This document shows, piece by piece, positions 48,885 through 58,931 of a stretch of DNA of 64,000 bases. Numbering within the stretch: position 1 is the first letter of the stretch; each line of letters starts with the position of its first letter. Origin of the DNA: Polyangiaceae bacterium (GTDB lineage: Bacteria > Myxococcota_A > Polyangia > Polyangiales > Polyangiaceae); contig JBILLK010000001.1 of NCBI GenBank assembly GCA_044376115.1, forward strand, positions 192,001-256,000, in the 5' to 3' direction. Made by a program: the position numbers and the translations under genes. The notes under the pieces were generated by a model that was not told the DNA's origin, did not search any database, and saw nothing but the letters and a program-made list of their open reading frames with translations.

Positions 48885-50558
48885 CTATTTGATGTTGACG
48901 GTCTTCGACACGGTGACCGGTGCGCCGCTGAACGGCGGAACCTTCAGACCGCGGAAGGCGCCAGCGATACAGCTGCCGACCGGCGTTCCCGCGAAGGGCG
49001 CGCCGACGGTTGCTTGTGTGGCCTTTCCACTGGGAGCAAAGGTGACTTGCACCTTCGCGGAGCCAGTCGGGCCGTCGGGCTTCTTGCAGCCCTTGGCCGA
49101 CCCTGCAGCACCGTTGAGAGCCGAGGAGGCCGCGCCGCGATCAAACGGAGTGTCTCCGCCTGAAGCTGGCTTGCCCGTATCCGCTGGCGGCGGCTCCGGG
49201 TTGTCAGGCTTGGTGGTAGTAGCCGTGGTGTCTGGCTTGGCGGCAGTCGTGGTGCTCGTGTTGGTCGTCGTGGCAGTGGCCTTGGGATCCGCGCTGGCGG
49301 TTGGCTCTGCACTAGTGCTGGTGCTGGTGTTGGTCGCCGTGGCGATCGGCTCGGAGGTCGGCGGGCCCTTGGCAGTGTCTGCCGGAGTGGTCGTCGTCTC
49401 TTTGGCCTTGGCTGTTTCAGCGGGCTTGCCATCAGCTGGTGCCGACGTGGGCTTGGTGTCCTTGTCGCCGGAGTCCTTGCCGCTCATCACGAACAGCCCG
49501 ATCGCCCCGAGCAGCGCGATCACGCCAACAGCCGCAAGGATGATCGGCACGGGGCTCTTCTTCTGAGGCGCCTGTTGGTAAGCCATCATGGGCATGGCCG
49601 CGACGGGCGCCGTGCTCACCGGGGGAGGTGGCGGCGGCGCTTCGATCACGGGCGCATTCATGGGCGGCGGAGCCAACATCGGCGCGGCGTTCACCGAGCC
49701 GAGGCTCATGATGTCGTCGACGCGTTCGCTGGTATCGAAAGCTCCAGCGCGCGCGCTCGTGTTCTTGGCAGCGTTCTCCGCTGCCGTTAGGTCCTTCAAC
49801 GAGAACAGCACGCTCGTCTCGTTGCGTTCACCGACGTGCTTGTCTCCAAGGCCGGGGGGCATTGGTGCCGCAGGGCGCGCGACGTCTTCCTGCAGGCCGC
49901 CGCCAAACAGATCGACGGAGGCTCGACTTGCGCGCTTCGCAGCGTTGGCTGCTGCAGTGCTTGCCGCACTCGAAGCTGCAGCCGCAGCTTGCCCACCGAA
50001 GGGCGCCGCTGCAGCTTGCCCACCAAAAGGTGCTGCTGCAGCCTGTTGCCCACCGAACGGTGCTGCTGCAGCTTGTTGCCCGCCGAACGGTGCAGCGGCG
50101 AAGGGCGTCGGCGTACCAGCAGGCTCATACCCGCCGCCCGCTTGGCCCGTTGCCGCGAGCAGCGGCATCAGCTCAGGAACTTGTGCGAGGGGAAGCCAGT
50201 CCCCCATGCCGTCCTTCCAAACGTACGTATCAGCGGTCAACAGACCGCTGCCGTAATCAGCCAAGATCTGCGCCGTCGTCATCGTGCGCTGATCGTCGTC
50301 GGTGACACTTACCGTCCATTCATCCGGGTTCGCTGAACCCTGCTCCTGTGGCGGACGAGTGGCGAGTTGCGTGGCTTGATCTTCACCGCCGTACGCACCT
50401 CCACTCTCCGCTGATAGTTGTGCAAGAACCGAGGGATCGTTGCCGTTGACAACAATCGTGCTCGAACACTTCTTACACTTGATCTTGATGACCTTGCCGA
50501 CGACCTTCTCGTCGGCGATCGTGTACTTCGCCGCGCAGGACTGACACGAGATTTTCAT
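48885..50558 (-). CDS. gltJ: GltJ/AgmX-like gliding motility protein (zinc ribbon + GYF_2 + TM + TonB-C-like domain)
   Basis: MKISCQSC...KCKKC zinc ribbon; VWKDGMGDWLPL (GYF_2); GERNETSVLFSL; TM helix; C-terminal GSAKVQVTFAPSG...GSCI...VPPFSG. Confidence 0.75.
   Translation of the reverse strand: MKISCQSCAAKYTIADEKVVGKVIKIKCKKCSSTIVVNGNDPSVLAQLSAESGGAYGGEDQATQLATRPPQEQGSANPDEWTVSVTDDDQRTMTTAQILADYGSGLLTADTYVWKDGMGDWLPLAQVPELMPLLAATGQAGGGYEPAGTPTPFAAAPFGGQQAAAAPFGGQQAAAAPFGGQAAAAPFGGQAAAAASSAASTAAANAAKRASRASVDLFGGGLQEDVARPAAPMPPGLGDKHVGERNETSVLFSLKDLTAAENAAKNTSARAGAFDTSERVDDIMSLGSVNAAPMLAPPPMNAPVIEAPPPPPPVSTAPVAAMPMMAYQQAPQKKSPVPIILAAVGVIALLGAIGLFVMSGKDSGDKDTKPTSAPADGKPAETAKAKETTTTPADTAKGPPTSEPIATATNTSTSTSAEPTASADPKATATTTNTSTTTAAKPDTTATTTKPDNPEPPPADTGKPASGGDTPFDRGAASSALNGAAGSAKGCKKPDGPTGSAKVQVTFAPSGKATQATVGAPFAGTPVGSCIAGAFRGLKVPPFSGAPVTVSKTVNIK
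49975..50106 (-). repeat. Coding repeat AAAPFGG(Q)Q x4 in the GltJ-like linker
   Basis: 27-30 bp imperfect units visible in both DNA and translation. Confidence 0.8.
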
Positions 50559-50627
50559 GCCCTAGACCTCCAGCGGCGTTCCACGTGCTGATTCGCCACC
50601 CGGGATAAAGTTTCCAATGATTCGGTC

Positions 50628-52007
50628 ATGATACGGCTCGGACAGAAGCCCGATCAAGCAAAGGGCCAAAGCTTTGTCAGGAAGGCCCGAACGGGCCTTG
50701 GCTTTGCGTGCGTTTTGTTGCTTGGAACGCTGAGCAAACGTGCCGGTGCCGACGGAGACGCGCCAACATTGTCAGGTACTTGGAGCGCAACGCCGCTTCG
50801 AGAGAGCTGGAGCACCTCCGAATGGGGCGACGCTTGTGGGCCCAAGCCCAGCGGGAGTGGAGCACCCGGGGGAGCGGTGTCAATCACCGAAACCGGGTCT
50901 GAGCTGTTGATCCAAGGAGCTGGGAGTGCGTTCTCGACGGCGAATTGTTTGGACCCGATGCCTGGGCTCAAGCGATCGAGCCATTCGGCCTCGAAGCGCG
51001 GGTGGTCGTCCACCTGCGTCAGCCCCGCAGGTGATCCGCGACGAGTCACCGTTCAAACGCGCATCTCAGCCACCGACGATACGATCGTGCTCTCGGAAAC
51101 GGGGGTCTACGAATTCGCGATCAAAGACACGGTTTGCAAGGCCAGCGTGGCGCGCTCGCGGTCCTTCAAGTTGAGCGAGCGAGCGGGCGTCAAAGCGGTT
51201 CCTACGGCGACGCCAACGACGGAGCCAACGGCCGCACCTGCAGTGCCCACGGCCCAGCCGTCGGCCAAACCCGAAGACCCAACACCACCACCGTCGGAGT
51301 GCGATCCCGACGGGACGCCTGCTCGCTTCGAGCTACGTCCCTCGCGCAAGTTGCTTCGACCGGGAGACACCTTCGCGTTTCGAACGTCAAGCTTTGACGC
51401 GCGGGGCTGTTCGCTCCGCTCCGCGATGGAGCTGACGCTCGAGGGACCGCCGGAACTGCTGGCCAAAGTGAAGGTCAAGGGCTCGACCTTGGAGGTCGAT
51501 CGCGACGCTCCCGCGGGCACGGTAACGATCGTCGCCTCATTGTCCGGAGAGACGATCAAAGCGACCGCCGAGATCACTCCGATTGGAAGCTACGACGCCT
51601 TGCTGCGCGCACGCGGCCTCGATGCCAGCGGGGAGGATGATCGGCCGCAGACCGCCGTGCTCGCCGGCGGCGTTGGTAGCAAAACGCAGACGGCCAGTTC
51701 GCAAGACCGACCGAACCGCATTGCGCTGATCGCCGCAGCCGTTGGCGTAGCCTTTGTCTTGGCTTTCGTTGCGTTGGTGCTCTTGCGGCGAGGAAAGCGC
51801 CAAACATCGTCTGTCGTTGAAGAGTCGGCGCCGCCGCCCGCGGTCGAGTTCTTTGAGGTGGCTCCTGCGTCGGAGCCTGTTGTCGCAGCGGCCCCGCTCG
51901 CGAGGCCCGCGCCGGGAATGGTTTGCCCCAGCTGCGGCGAACTCTACCCGAAGGGCACCGCATTCTGCGGCGGCGACGGCACTGAACTCATGCCTGTGAA
52001 CGGCTGA
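50628..52007 (+). CDS. Hypothetical exported protein with TM helix and C-terminal zinc ribbon
   Basis: Signal-like N-terminus, TM helix near the C-terminus, CPSCG...FCGGDG. Confidence 0.7.
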   Translation: MIRLGQKPDQAKGQSFVRKARTGLGFACVLLLGTLSKRAGADGDAPTLSGTWSATPLRESWSTSEWGDACGPKPSGSGAPGGAVSITETGSELLIQGAGSAFSTANCLDPMPGLKRSSHSASKRGWSSTCVSPAGDPRRVTVQTRISATDDTIVLSETGVYEFAIKDTVCKASVARSRSFKLSERAGVKAVPTATPTTEPTAAPAVPTAQPSAKPEDPTPPPSECDPDGTPARFELRPSRKLLRPGDTFAFRTSSFDARGCSLRSAMELTLEGPPELLAKVKVKGSTLEVDRDAPAGTVTIVASLSGETIKATAEITPIGSYDALLRARGLDASGEDDRPQTAVLAGGVGSKTQTASSQDRPNRIALIAAAVGVAFVLAFVALVLLRRGKRQTSSVVEESAPPPAVEFFEVAPASEPVVAAAPLARPAPGMVCPSCGELYPKGTAFCGGDGTELMPVNG

Positions 52008-52077
52008 GCGCCGGGATCGTCGGATTGCCTATCGTGGGCTCTCGCATCCCGGCGCGAAGTTGACTACGAATGAGGTC

Positions 52078-52791
52078 GTGAGCACCTCCAATACTTCCTG
52101 GGTTTTCGCGCTAGCAATCTTAGCGTCGGCGGCTTGTTCCGACGACGGGTCGACGTCGGGCGGAGGTGGCTCGGGTGCGAGCACCTCGACCACCGGTGGC
52201 GGTGGGAGCACCGGAACGGCTGGCGCAACGTCGAGCGGTGGCGGTGGAAGTGGCGGCGCTGGTGGTACGGCCTCGACCAGCGGAGGTGGTGGCGCTGGCG
52301 GTGAGGGCGGCAGCATCATGGTGACGTGCACGAACGATCCGGCTGATTCGGCCTGCATCTTGTGCGCGAAGGACAGTTGTTGCGCAGAGACAACCGCTTG
52401 CCTCGAGGACGCTTCGTGCGCGGCTTGCGTGTCCTGCATCGACACCGCCGCCGACCCGACGACCTGCCTCAACAGCTGCGACCTCAGCGCGCCGACGACA
52501 GCAGCCGTCTACGACTGCGCCTCGGCCAATTGCCAAGCGGACTGCTTCGCCGGCGCCGACGCCTGCGCACCGTCCGCGTCCGACGACGCTTGCACGAGCT
52601 GCGCGAAGGAATCGTGTTGCGACGCTGTCACAGCTTGTCAGGCCTCGGCCCAGTGCATCGCGTGCCTTCAGTGCGTCGGGACCGCCATGAGTCCGACCGA
52701 CTGCTTGGGCAACGGCTGCTCGCTCAGTGATTCTGCGACCACTCAGCTTTTGGGATGTGTGCAGCAGTCTTGCACGGTCTGTTTGAAGTAG
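52078..52791 (+). CDS. Cys-rich lipoprotein with Gly/Ser/Thr linker and two internal repeats
   Basis: Lipobox ASAAC; duplicated C..CAK.SCC...TAC.....C.AC..C module. Confidence 0.75.
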   Translation: MSTSNTSWVFALAILASAACSDDGSTSGGGGSGASTSTTGGGGSTGTAGATSSGGGGSGGAGGTASTSGGGGAGGEGGSIMVTCTNDPADSACILCAKDSCCAETTACLEDASCAACVSCIDTAADPTTCLNSCDLSAPTTAAVYDCASANCQADCFAGADACAPSASDDACTSCAKESCCDAVTACQASAQCIACLQCVGTAMSPTDCLGNGCSLSDSATTQLLGCVQQSCTVCLK

Positions 52792-52803
52792 CTCGGAGGA
52801 CTC

Positions 52804-54081
52804 TTGGAGCCGATCCGTCGTCGCAGAATTGCTTCTCCGCAGCTTGAGCTGCCGAACGTCGCCGCTGGCGAGCCCATTGATTCGACGCAAGCCGAGCCCG
52901 TAAGCACAACGGAGAACGTGGATGACGGTTGGGACGTCCCGCCGACACAGCAAGCCGCTCAAGATGCAACCAGCTCTGTTTCCACCACCCAAACCGAGAG
53001 TGGGGTGGTGGAGACAGTCGCTCCGCCAGCTGAACCAGCGGATGTTGCAGCCGACGCTCCAAAAGTAGCGGACGCAGAGGACCAAGCCGCGCCGTCGCTC
53101 GCTCCGAGCAGCAACGAGCCGGCGGAGGACATTCGAGCAACCGTGCAGAGCGCCTCCGGCTCGGCCACTTCGGCCCCGCGTCGTCACGACATGCGAGCCC
53201 CTCGTGTTCGGCGCTCGACGCGGGAATCGGAGCTCTTCCGTCAGCCCGCCGCACCAGTCGAGCGACCCCAGCAAGAGCCAGCGAATGAGCCATCTGCACC
53301 GCGTGCAGAAGCCCGTGAACGCAGGCCGGATCTTCGCGAACGCAGGCCCGATCTTCGCGAACGCAGGCCTGATCTTCGCGAACGCAGGCCCGACCTACGT
53401 GAGCCCCGGCGGCCCGACCGTCGCGACAGCTCGGATCTGCTGGGCCCACGTCGACCGGACCGTCGCGACAGCTCGGACCTGCTGGGCCCCCGTCGGCCGG
53501 ATCGCGCGGCGCGCAACGTGGTCGAAGACAGCGAGCCCGCTCGGCCGGTAGTCGCAGCGCCGCCCGTCGCAGCGAAGCCCAAGCCGAAGGTCGTTCCAGC
53601 TCCCGTGGCCAAGGTTGAACCCACCCCTGAGCCGGCGGCCCCCAGCCTCGCGGAGGAGCTGCGAGTTTTCGGCGCCAAGCCGGTGACCGAACGCCAGACG
53701 GCTCAAAAAGCTGAGAAGCCGCGCACTGCCAAAGACGCCATGCGCGAACGCGCGCGAGCCAACCAAGAGGCGCGCAGCGTCAAGGCGCCCAAGACGTTGC
53801 GCTCGGGTGAGCTCGAGAAGCGCGAGGCTACGGCCGCCAAGCCAGCCTCCTCGACGACGGAGGCCAAGGCCGCGGTCAAGACCGCGGTTCCCGGCAAAGC
53901 CGCAGCCAAGGAGGAGAGCGCCGCAGAGGTTTCAACGGCGAAGCCGAGCAAGCACGCAAAGGCCAAAGCCAAAGCGCTGCGCAAGCGTGAGGCCAAGCCT
54001 GAGGTCGAGGCCGAGGAGGAGGATCTCGTGATCGCCAAACCGGGCTTCTGGGCACGCGTAAAAAGCTTCTTTACCGGCTGA
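52804..54081 (+). CDS. Low-complexity, probably disordered protein with Arg-rich repeats and C-terminal amphipathic helix
   Basis: Acidic N-terminal part, RERRPDL repeats, Lys/Ala-rich part, ending PGFWARVKSFFTG. Start uncertain. Confidence 0.65.
   Translation: MEPIRRRRIASPQLELPNVAAGEPIDSTQAEPVSTTENVDDGWDVPPTQQAAQDATSSVSTTQTESGVVETVAPPAEPADVAADAPKVADAEDQAAPSLAPSSNEPAEDIRATVQSASGSATSAPRRHDMRAPRVRRSTRESELFRQPAAPVERPQQEPANEPSAPRAEARERRPDLRERRPDLRERRPDLRERRPDLREPRRPDRRDSSDLLGPRRPDRRDSSDLLGPRRPDRAARNVVEDSEPARPVVAAPPVAAKPKPKVVPAPVAKVEPTPEPAAPSLAEELRVFGAKPVTERQTAQKAEKPRTAKDAMRERARANQEARSVKAPKTLRSGELEKREATAAKPASSTTEAKAAVKTAVPGKAAAKEESAAEVSTAKPSKHAKAKAKALRKREAKPEVEAEEEDLVIAKPGFWARVKSFFTG
53314..53505 (+). 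repeat. Coding tandem repeats: 21 bp x4 (RERRPDL) and 42 bp x2+ (PRRPDRRDSSDLLG)
   Basis: Contiguous units without spacers; substitutions are synonymous in the + ORF. Confidence 0.9.
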
Positions 54082-54095
54082 TCGCAGTCGCTGCC

Positions 54096-54965
54096 TCAGC
54101 CGACTCGACGCACTTCCCCAGCCTCATCGAGCAGCGCTACCTCCTGCTCGAAATCAGCAACTCGGTAGCCCTCCCCTTGCGCCACGACCCGCATCAACAC
54201 TTTGCCCTCCGGCGAGGCGTCGATGCGGAAGTGTTTCACCCTACCCGCCTCCACCTCTTGAACGAACGCCTTGCGCGCGCGGCCACGTGCCAGCGCCGAG
54301 CCCAACGCAGTTCCAGAGCAAGCCAGCGCCGCGACCGCGAGCATCAGGATGAAGACGTGGTCCACCAACGACGGCTTGAGCAGCACAGCCTGAGCGTTCG
54401 CGAACGTCATCATCTGGTTCAACAGCGCCCCGACGGCCACCACGACAGCAGCAGCGCCCACCAACGCTTCTCCACGCTCACGACCCGCTAGCCCCTTCTC
54501 AGCCAGCTTGCGTGCGCCGGTGATAGGTACGCCGAAGAAGAGAATGGTCAGCAGCAGCGCCGGGACCCAGATGATTGCACCGAAGGTCGCGCCAATGATC
54601 ATGCCTAGGCCGAAGCCCCACCCTCCGATGGACTCTTTGAGCATCAAGAAGCCGCAGGCGATGGCAGCGTTGAGCATGGCCAACGGAATCGAGAGCAGCC
54701 AACCCAGAGAGACCGGGTAACCAAAGATGGGGACTTTCTTCGGCTGACGCAGAAGCCACGCCCAAAAGGTTCCGATCAGCAGCGTTGGAATGCCTACGCT
54801 AAATGCGTTCGCTGGGAAGTAGTTCAGAAGCGTGGTCGTGGCCGCAGCGAGCGACAGCCCAGCCCCCGCAACGTTGAGCGTTTCCAGCAGCTGACGGTTC
54901 TTGAAAGCACCCGCAGGAAGCATCTCCCCAGGGTTAGCAGACAAAACGCCGAAAGGCCGGATCAC
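54096..54965 (-). CDS. Hypothetical polytopic membrane protein
   Basis: About 6 hydrophobic segments; C-terminal GEGYRVAD. Start uncertain. Confidence 0.65.
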   Translation of the reverse strand: MIRPFGVLSANPGEMLPAGAFKNRQLLETLNVAGAGLSLAAATTTLLNYFPANAFSVGIPTLLIGTFWAWLLRQPKKVPIFGYPVSLGWLLSIPLAMLNAAIACGFLMLKESIGGWGFGLGMIIGATFGAIIWVPALLLTILFFGVPITGARKLAEKGLAGRERGEALVGAAAVVVAVGALLNQMMTFANAQAVLLKPSLVDHVFILMLAVAALACSGTALGSALARGRARKAFVQEVEAGRVKHFRIDASPEGKVLMRVVAQGEGYRVADFEQEVALLDEAGEVRRVG

Positions 54966-55000
54966 CGGCCTTTCAAGCGAGCATCCGTGGATGAGGGCGA

Positions 55001-55789
55001 TCAGGCCTTGCGACGACGTCGTGCTGCAACCGCACCGACTGCAGCGGCGACACCGAGCAACGCTGCGGGGTTGAAGTCGTTGTTGGTGCCACTGGTGGAG
55101 CAGCCGCCCACCGAAGCGCTGGCGCTGGCCTCAACCTCGAACTCGAGCTCGATCTCGAAGTTTGACACGAGGTACTCGACGCAGGCCGGGATGTCTTGAA
55201 TGGCGAGGTACTGTCCGTCGCAGAAGAGCGCGCCTTCGGGTGCGTCGCAATCGATCTCGCAGCCGCCCTTCAACTCGGCCGAGCAGCTGATGTTGCAGTC
55301 GAAGTTCGCGTTGGCATCGCAGGAGCCTTCGCAGCACAGGTCGCACTGGCCCTGGCAATCGAGCTCAGCGCTGCCTTGACAGCTCGACTCGCACTCGGTG
55401 GTGCACGAGCTGCCACAGTACTCCTGGCACTCAGTGTCACCAGCGTCGCACTGCGAAACGACCTGGGCCTCGCAGTCGGCCTCGCAGTTGGCTTCGCAAC
55501 TGAAGCTGGCGTTGGCCTCACACTCTGCTTGGCAGCCGCCGGTGCAGCTCCCGGTGCATTCAACGCTCACGTCGGCGTTGCACTGGCCGTCGCAAGCCGC
55601 GACGAACGAGAGTGGAACGCAGTTCGCCTTGCAGCCACCTTCAAACTCGAAGTGACACTCGCTCACCGATAGGAACTCGATGTTGCCACAGGGGTTGGTC
55701 GTGGTCTCTGCGAGCGCGGTGGACGCGAACAGCCCGCTGGCTCCAAGGACGGTGGCAGTCATGCAAGCGAGTTTCTTAAGAGTCTGCAT
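55001..55789 (-). CDS. Cys-rich secreted protein with MYXO-CTERM sorting signal
   Basis: AAGGAG RBS; signal peptide; CxxxC repeats; tail GGCS...PAALLGVAAAVGAVAARRRR. Confidence 0.85.
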   Translation of the reverse strand: MQTLKKLACMTATVLGASGLFASTALAETTTNPCGNIEFLSVSECHFEFEGGCKANCVPLSFVAACDGQCNADVSVECTGSCTGGCQAECEANASFSCEANCEADCEAQVVSQCDAGDTECQEYCGSSCTTECESSCQGSAELDCQGQCDLCCEGSCDANANFDCNISCSAELKGGCEIDCDAPEGALFCDGQYLAIQDIPACVEYLVSNFEIELEFEVEASASASVGGCSTSGTNNDFNPAALLGVAAAVGAVAARRRRKA

Positions 55790-55949
55790 TGTTGGTCTCC
55801 TTCACTGACGTTGTAACGGCTACTGGCAATCTTCGGATACGAGGCGCAAGAAGTCGACTTCCCAGCGACACCTTTGATTCACGACAAAATAGTGCTCGGC
55901 GTTGGAGGAGCCCAGCATCACTTCGGCACACCCTGTCGAACTGTGCCAA

Positions 55950-58328
55950 CTAGCTCCCCTGCCCGAGCCGTATGCGGACAAGCTTGGCCAATTCACGCCA
56001 AGCGCCGAGTCGGCCACCCTCGCGAACCGTCTTTCCAATCGCTGAGGTAGGTTCATTCACGACCGCCCAGGTCAGGTCCTGCGTCCGCGAAACATCCACG
56101 TGCGTCGTGCCCAACCGACGCGCGACCGAGAGCAAGTCCCCAAGCCGGCCGAGCTCGGTGTCCTCGAGCGGATTCGTTTCAAGCCGCGCCGACGTGCGAG
56201 AGAGCGCACTCGACAACTCGAAGGCGATCGAGTCGAAATCGATGCGGATGTTCTCGTTGCTGGCCTCGGCCAGGAGATTGCGTATCGCGCGCGCATCCGG
56301 TGGATCGCGGCGCAAGGCGCGCAGCAGGTCGGCCTCGAGCACGACGCGGGTCGCGGCAGAGAGCGCCCGCGGCGGACGAACGCCTGTACGCGAGAGCTCG
56401 GCCAGCAGCGTCGCGTTGCTCGTAAAGACGTGCCTGTACGCCGACTCGGCCTCACGCACGGCGTCCGCCAGGATCTCCTCGACCACGCCCGCGCGTTCAT
56501 CGAGCGGCAGTTGCTTGAGCCCGGTGATCGGGATCGGCAGGGCCCGAAGCTCAGTGCGCAATGCCTCGAGATCGTCGTTGAGAAAGAGAGCGCTCAATTT
56601 GGCGTTGGGCTGGTCCGCACACAGACCGCCGAGCACATGCGGCCCTCCCTCCGACAGCACCGCGAAGAAGAACCGCTGCGACTCTTGCAACACCTCATCT
56701 CGCACCGTGACCGCTCCTTCAGCGAAACGCAGTTCTTCCCTTCGCACAGAGGCGAATTCGCGATCGACCAACGAAAGGCCGGGGCATGGCAGCGCCTTGG
56801 TGCCGAAGGTCGAGCCCACGGCGAAGGTCAACGCATAGGCGGCTCGATCGACGCGCGAGGGTAGGACGGCATTGCGATACACGTCTGCAGCGCTCGCGCC
56901 GCGCCCATGCGGCCGCGCTAGCTCCAACCTTGCCTCGAACTCGGCGCTGATAGCGCGCCCTGTCAGCTCTTCATACAGCTCGATCGCGCGCGCGGCGTAA
57001 CGGAGAAGCTGCGTTGGCTCGAGCCCATCCACGTCATCGAAGAACCAACCGCAGCTCGTGTACATCAGCATGCGGTTGTGTTGCTGCTCGAGCGCGCGCA
57101 AGGCGCGGCTGCGGGAGGACTCTGGCCTTTGCTCGGCGGCAAGAAATGCGGCGCTGGCCTCAGGCCGACGATCGAGCAGCATCGCTATGTATTGATTGCG
57201 CGCTCGCCAAGGATCGAAAAAGACGTCGGTCATGCCCGCGAACAGCTCGTCGCTCAATTCGCGTAGCCAGTCGAAGGCCGCTCGCAGCGGCGCGCGCCAG
57301 GCCTGACTGCTGTCACCGCGCATGCGACAGCCGCAATCGTCCTTCCAGCGACTCACACCGTGGGCGCAACTCCAGGCGGTGTTCTCACGAATGCGTGCCT
57401 CGAAGGTGGGCGGAAACTCGGCGAGGAAGGCCGCATAGTTGGTGAGCTTGACGTCGGCGCTCTTGTTGATGCGATCGAGCGCATACGCGAGCGCCATCTC
57501 GCCGAAGCGATGGTGGTGCCCGTAGGTTTCACCGTCGGTCGCGATGTGAATCAGGTGAGGAGCGTCTTTGCGTGGAGCTCGCCCTTTCACGAGCCGCTCG
57601 GCGAAAGCTCCGCCGTTCGTCAGCAGCCGCTCGAACGCCACCGCTTGAGAGAGCGGACCATCGTAAAAAAAGACGACGATCGAGAGGCCGTCGCCCAAGT
57701 CGACGCGATACGGCATCGTGGTATCGAGGGTCGACTCGGTCACGGGAACATACGCGCTCCCCGCCGGCGTGAGCGGGCGCACGGCCTCGACCTGACGTGG
57801 TGCGAGCACCGTAAACAGCACGCCGGCTCGAGCCAACGCCCGCAGCGACTCGAGACAAACGGCCGTCTCGGCGAGCCACATGCCCTCCGCTTTGCGCTGA
57901 AAGCGAGCCTGAAAATCCGCCATACCCCAAAGCGCCTGGGTCTCGCGATCGCGGGCGGAAGCCAGCGGCATGATCATGTGGCTGTACACCTGCGCCATCG
58001 CCGAGCCGTGCCCGAGCACACGCACGCTCTCACGATCGGCTTCGAGGATGGCTTGGTACGAACGTGGCGAGTGAGCCTGCAACCAGGACATCAGGGTCGG
58101 TCCCATGTTGAAGCTGATGCGCGCGTAGTTGTTGACGATGGCGGCTACGTTCTCTTCGGCATCGAGCATGCGGGCGCGCGCGTTCGCGCCGTAACACTCC
58201 GAGTCGATGCGCGCGTTCCAATCGTGAAATGGGTGCGCCGAGTCCTGCCGCTCGATCCGCTGCAGCCACGGGTTCTCGCGGGGCGGCTGGTAGAAATGGC
58301 CATGGATGCAGAGATGTTTGGTCGCCAC
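55950..58328 (-). CDS. Glycoside hydrolase family 57 protein with DUF3536
   Basis: CIHGHFYQPPRENPW, SFNMGPTL, GMWLAETAV, ATDGETYGHH, WSCAHG, MYTSCGWFFD. Start set at GTG 58328. Confidence 0.9.
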   Translation of the reverse strand: MATKHLCIHGHFYQPPRENPWLQRIERQDSAHPFHDWNARIDSECYGANARARMLDAEENVAAIVNNYARISFNMGPTLMSWLQAHSPRSYQAILEADRESVRVLGHGSAMAQVYSHMIMPLASARDRETQALWGMADFQARFQRKAEGMWLAETAVCLESLRALARAGVLFTVLAPRQVEAVRPLTPAGSAYVPVTESTLDTTMPYRVDLGDGLSIVVFFYDGPLSQAVAFERLLTNGGAFAERLVKGRAPRKDAPHLIHIATDGETYGHHHRFGEMALAYALDRINKSADVKLTNYAAFLAEFPPTFEARIRENTAWSCAHGVSRWKDDCGCRMRGDSSQAWRAPLRAAFDWLRELSDELFAGMTDVFFDPWRARNQYIAMLLDRRPEASAAFLAAEQRPESSRSRALRALEQQHNRMLMYTSCGWFFDDVDGLEPTQLLRYAARAIELYEELTGRAISAEFEARLELARPHGRGASAADVYRNAVLPSRVDRAAYALTFAVGSTFGTKALPCPGLSLVDREFASVRREELRFAEGAVTVRDEVLQESQRFFFAVLSEGGPHVLGGLCADQPNAKLSALFLNDDLEALRTELRALPIPITGLKQLPLDERAGVVEEILADAVREAESAYRHVFTSNATLLAELSRTGVRPPRALSAATRVVLEADLLRALRRDPPDARAIRNLLAEASNENIRIDFDSIAFELSSALSRTSARLETNPLEDTELGRLGDLLSVARRLGTTHVDVSRTQDLTWAVVNEPTSAIGKTVREGGRLGAWRELAKLVRIRLGQGS

Positions 58329-58405
58329 GGGGTGCAGCGTAGCCCAAGCCGGTGCCTCCTCATCGCGTCGTTCTCTCGACGCAGGGACGCGGCTAAGCTG
58401 CGCCG

Positions 58406-58930
58406 ATGCAACGAGCATTGGTCGGACTTCTAGGCTTGTTATCGGCGTGTGGCGCACCCGCTGCAATCATCGGAGGGCCGTTCCCGGGCGATCCGGAGAA
58501 CTTCAGCTACGACCTCGAGGGCACGAAGGTCACGCTGCAAAAGGGCACGAACGAGGTGCGAACGGGTGACAAGCCGGACGATTTGATCGCGACCGATCTC
58601 ACCGGGCATCGGCTGGACGCCGATCTCGACGGCGACAAGAGCACCGACCGCGCAGTCGTACTGACGCGCGACGACGGGCCACTCAAGCTTCACTACCTCG
58701 TGGTGCTGCGCAATCCGGGTGGCGACGTGGTGGCAACCGAGGCGGTGCGGCTGGGCAAGAACGTGCTCGTGGAAAAACTCGAGCTCGATCCCAAGGGCAA
58801 GGGCTTCGTCGTCGAGCTCTTGGGCCGTGATGCCGAGGCCCCCGAAGACCTCCCGCCCTCAGTCAAGCAGACCCGCCGCTTCCAGGTTCTGGACGGCAAG
58901 CTTACCTCGCTCGATCCGCCGAAGCAGTAG
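58406..58930 (+). CDS. Hypothetical lipoprotein
   Basis: Lipobox LSAC; DLDGDKSTD motif (FG-GAP/EF-hand-like). Confidence 0.75.
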   Translation: MQRALVGLLGLLSACGAPAAIIGGPFPGDPENFSYDLEGTKVTLQKGTNEVRTGDKPDDLIATDLTGHRLDADLDGDKSTDRAVVLTRDDGPLKLHYLVVLRNPGGDVVATEAVRLGKNVLVEKLELDPKGKGFVVELLGRDAEAPEDLPPSVKQTRRFQVLDGKLTSLDPPKQ

Positions 58931-58931
58931 C

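Noticed and set aside
53314..53505. Direct repeats resembling a CRISPR array
   Set aside because: Units are contiguous with no unique spacers, lengths are multiples of 3 with synonymous variation, and no cas genes are present.
55790..55949. Riboswitch or sigma54 promoter upstream of the MYXO-CTERM gene
   Set aside because: TTGGCAC lacks a properly spaced TTGC. The GGCACA...TGTGCC hairpin is better explained as the GH57 terminator. No aptamer consensus recognised.
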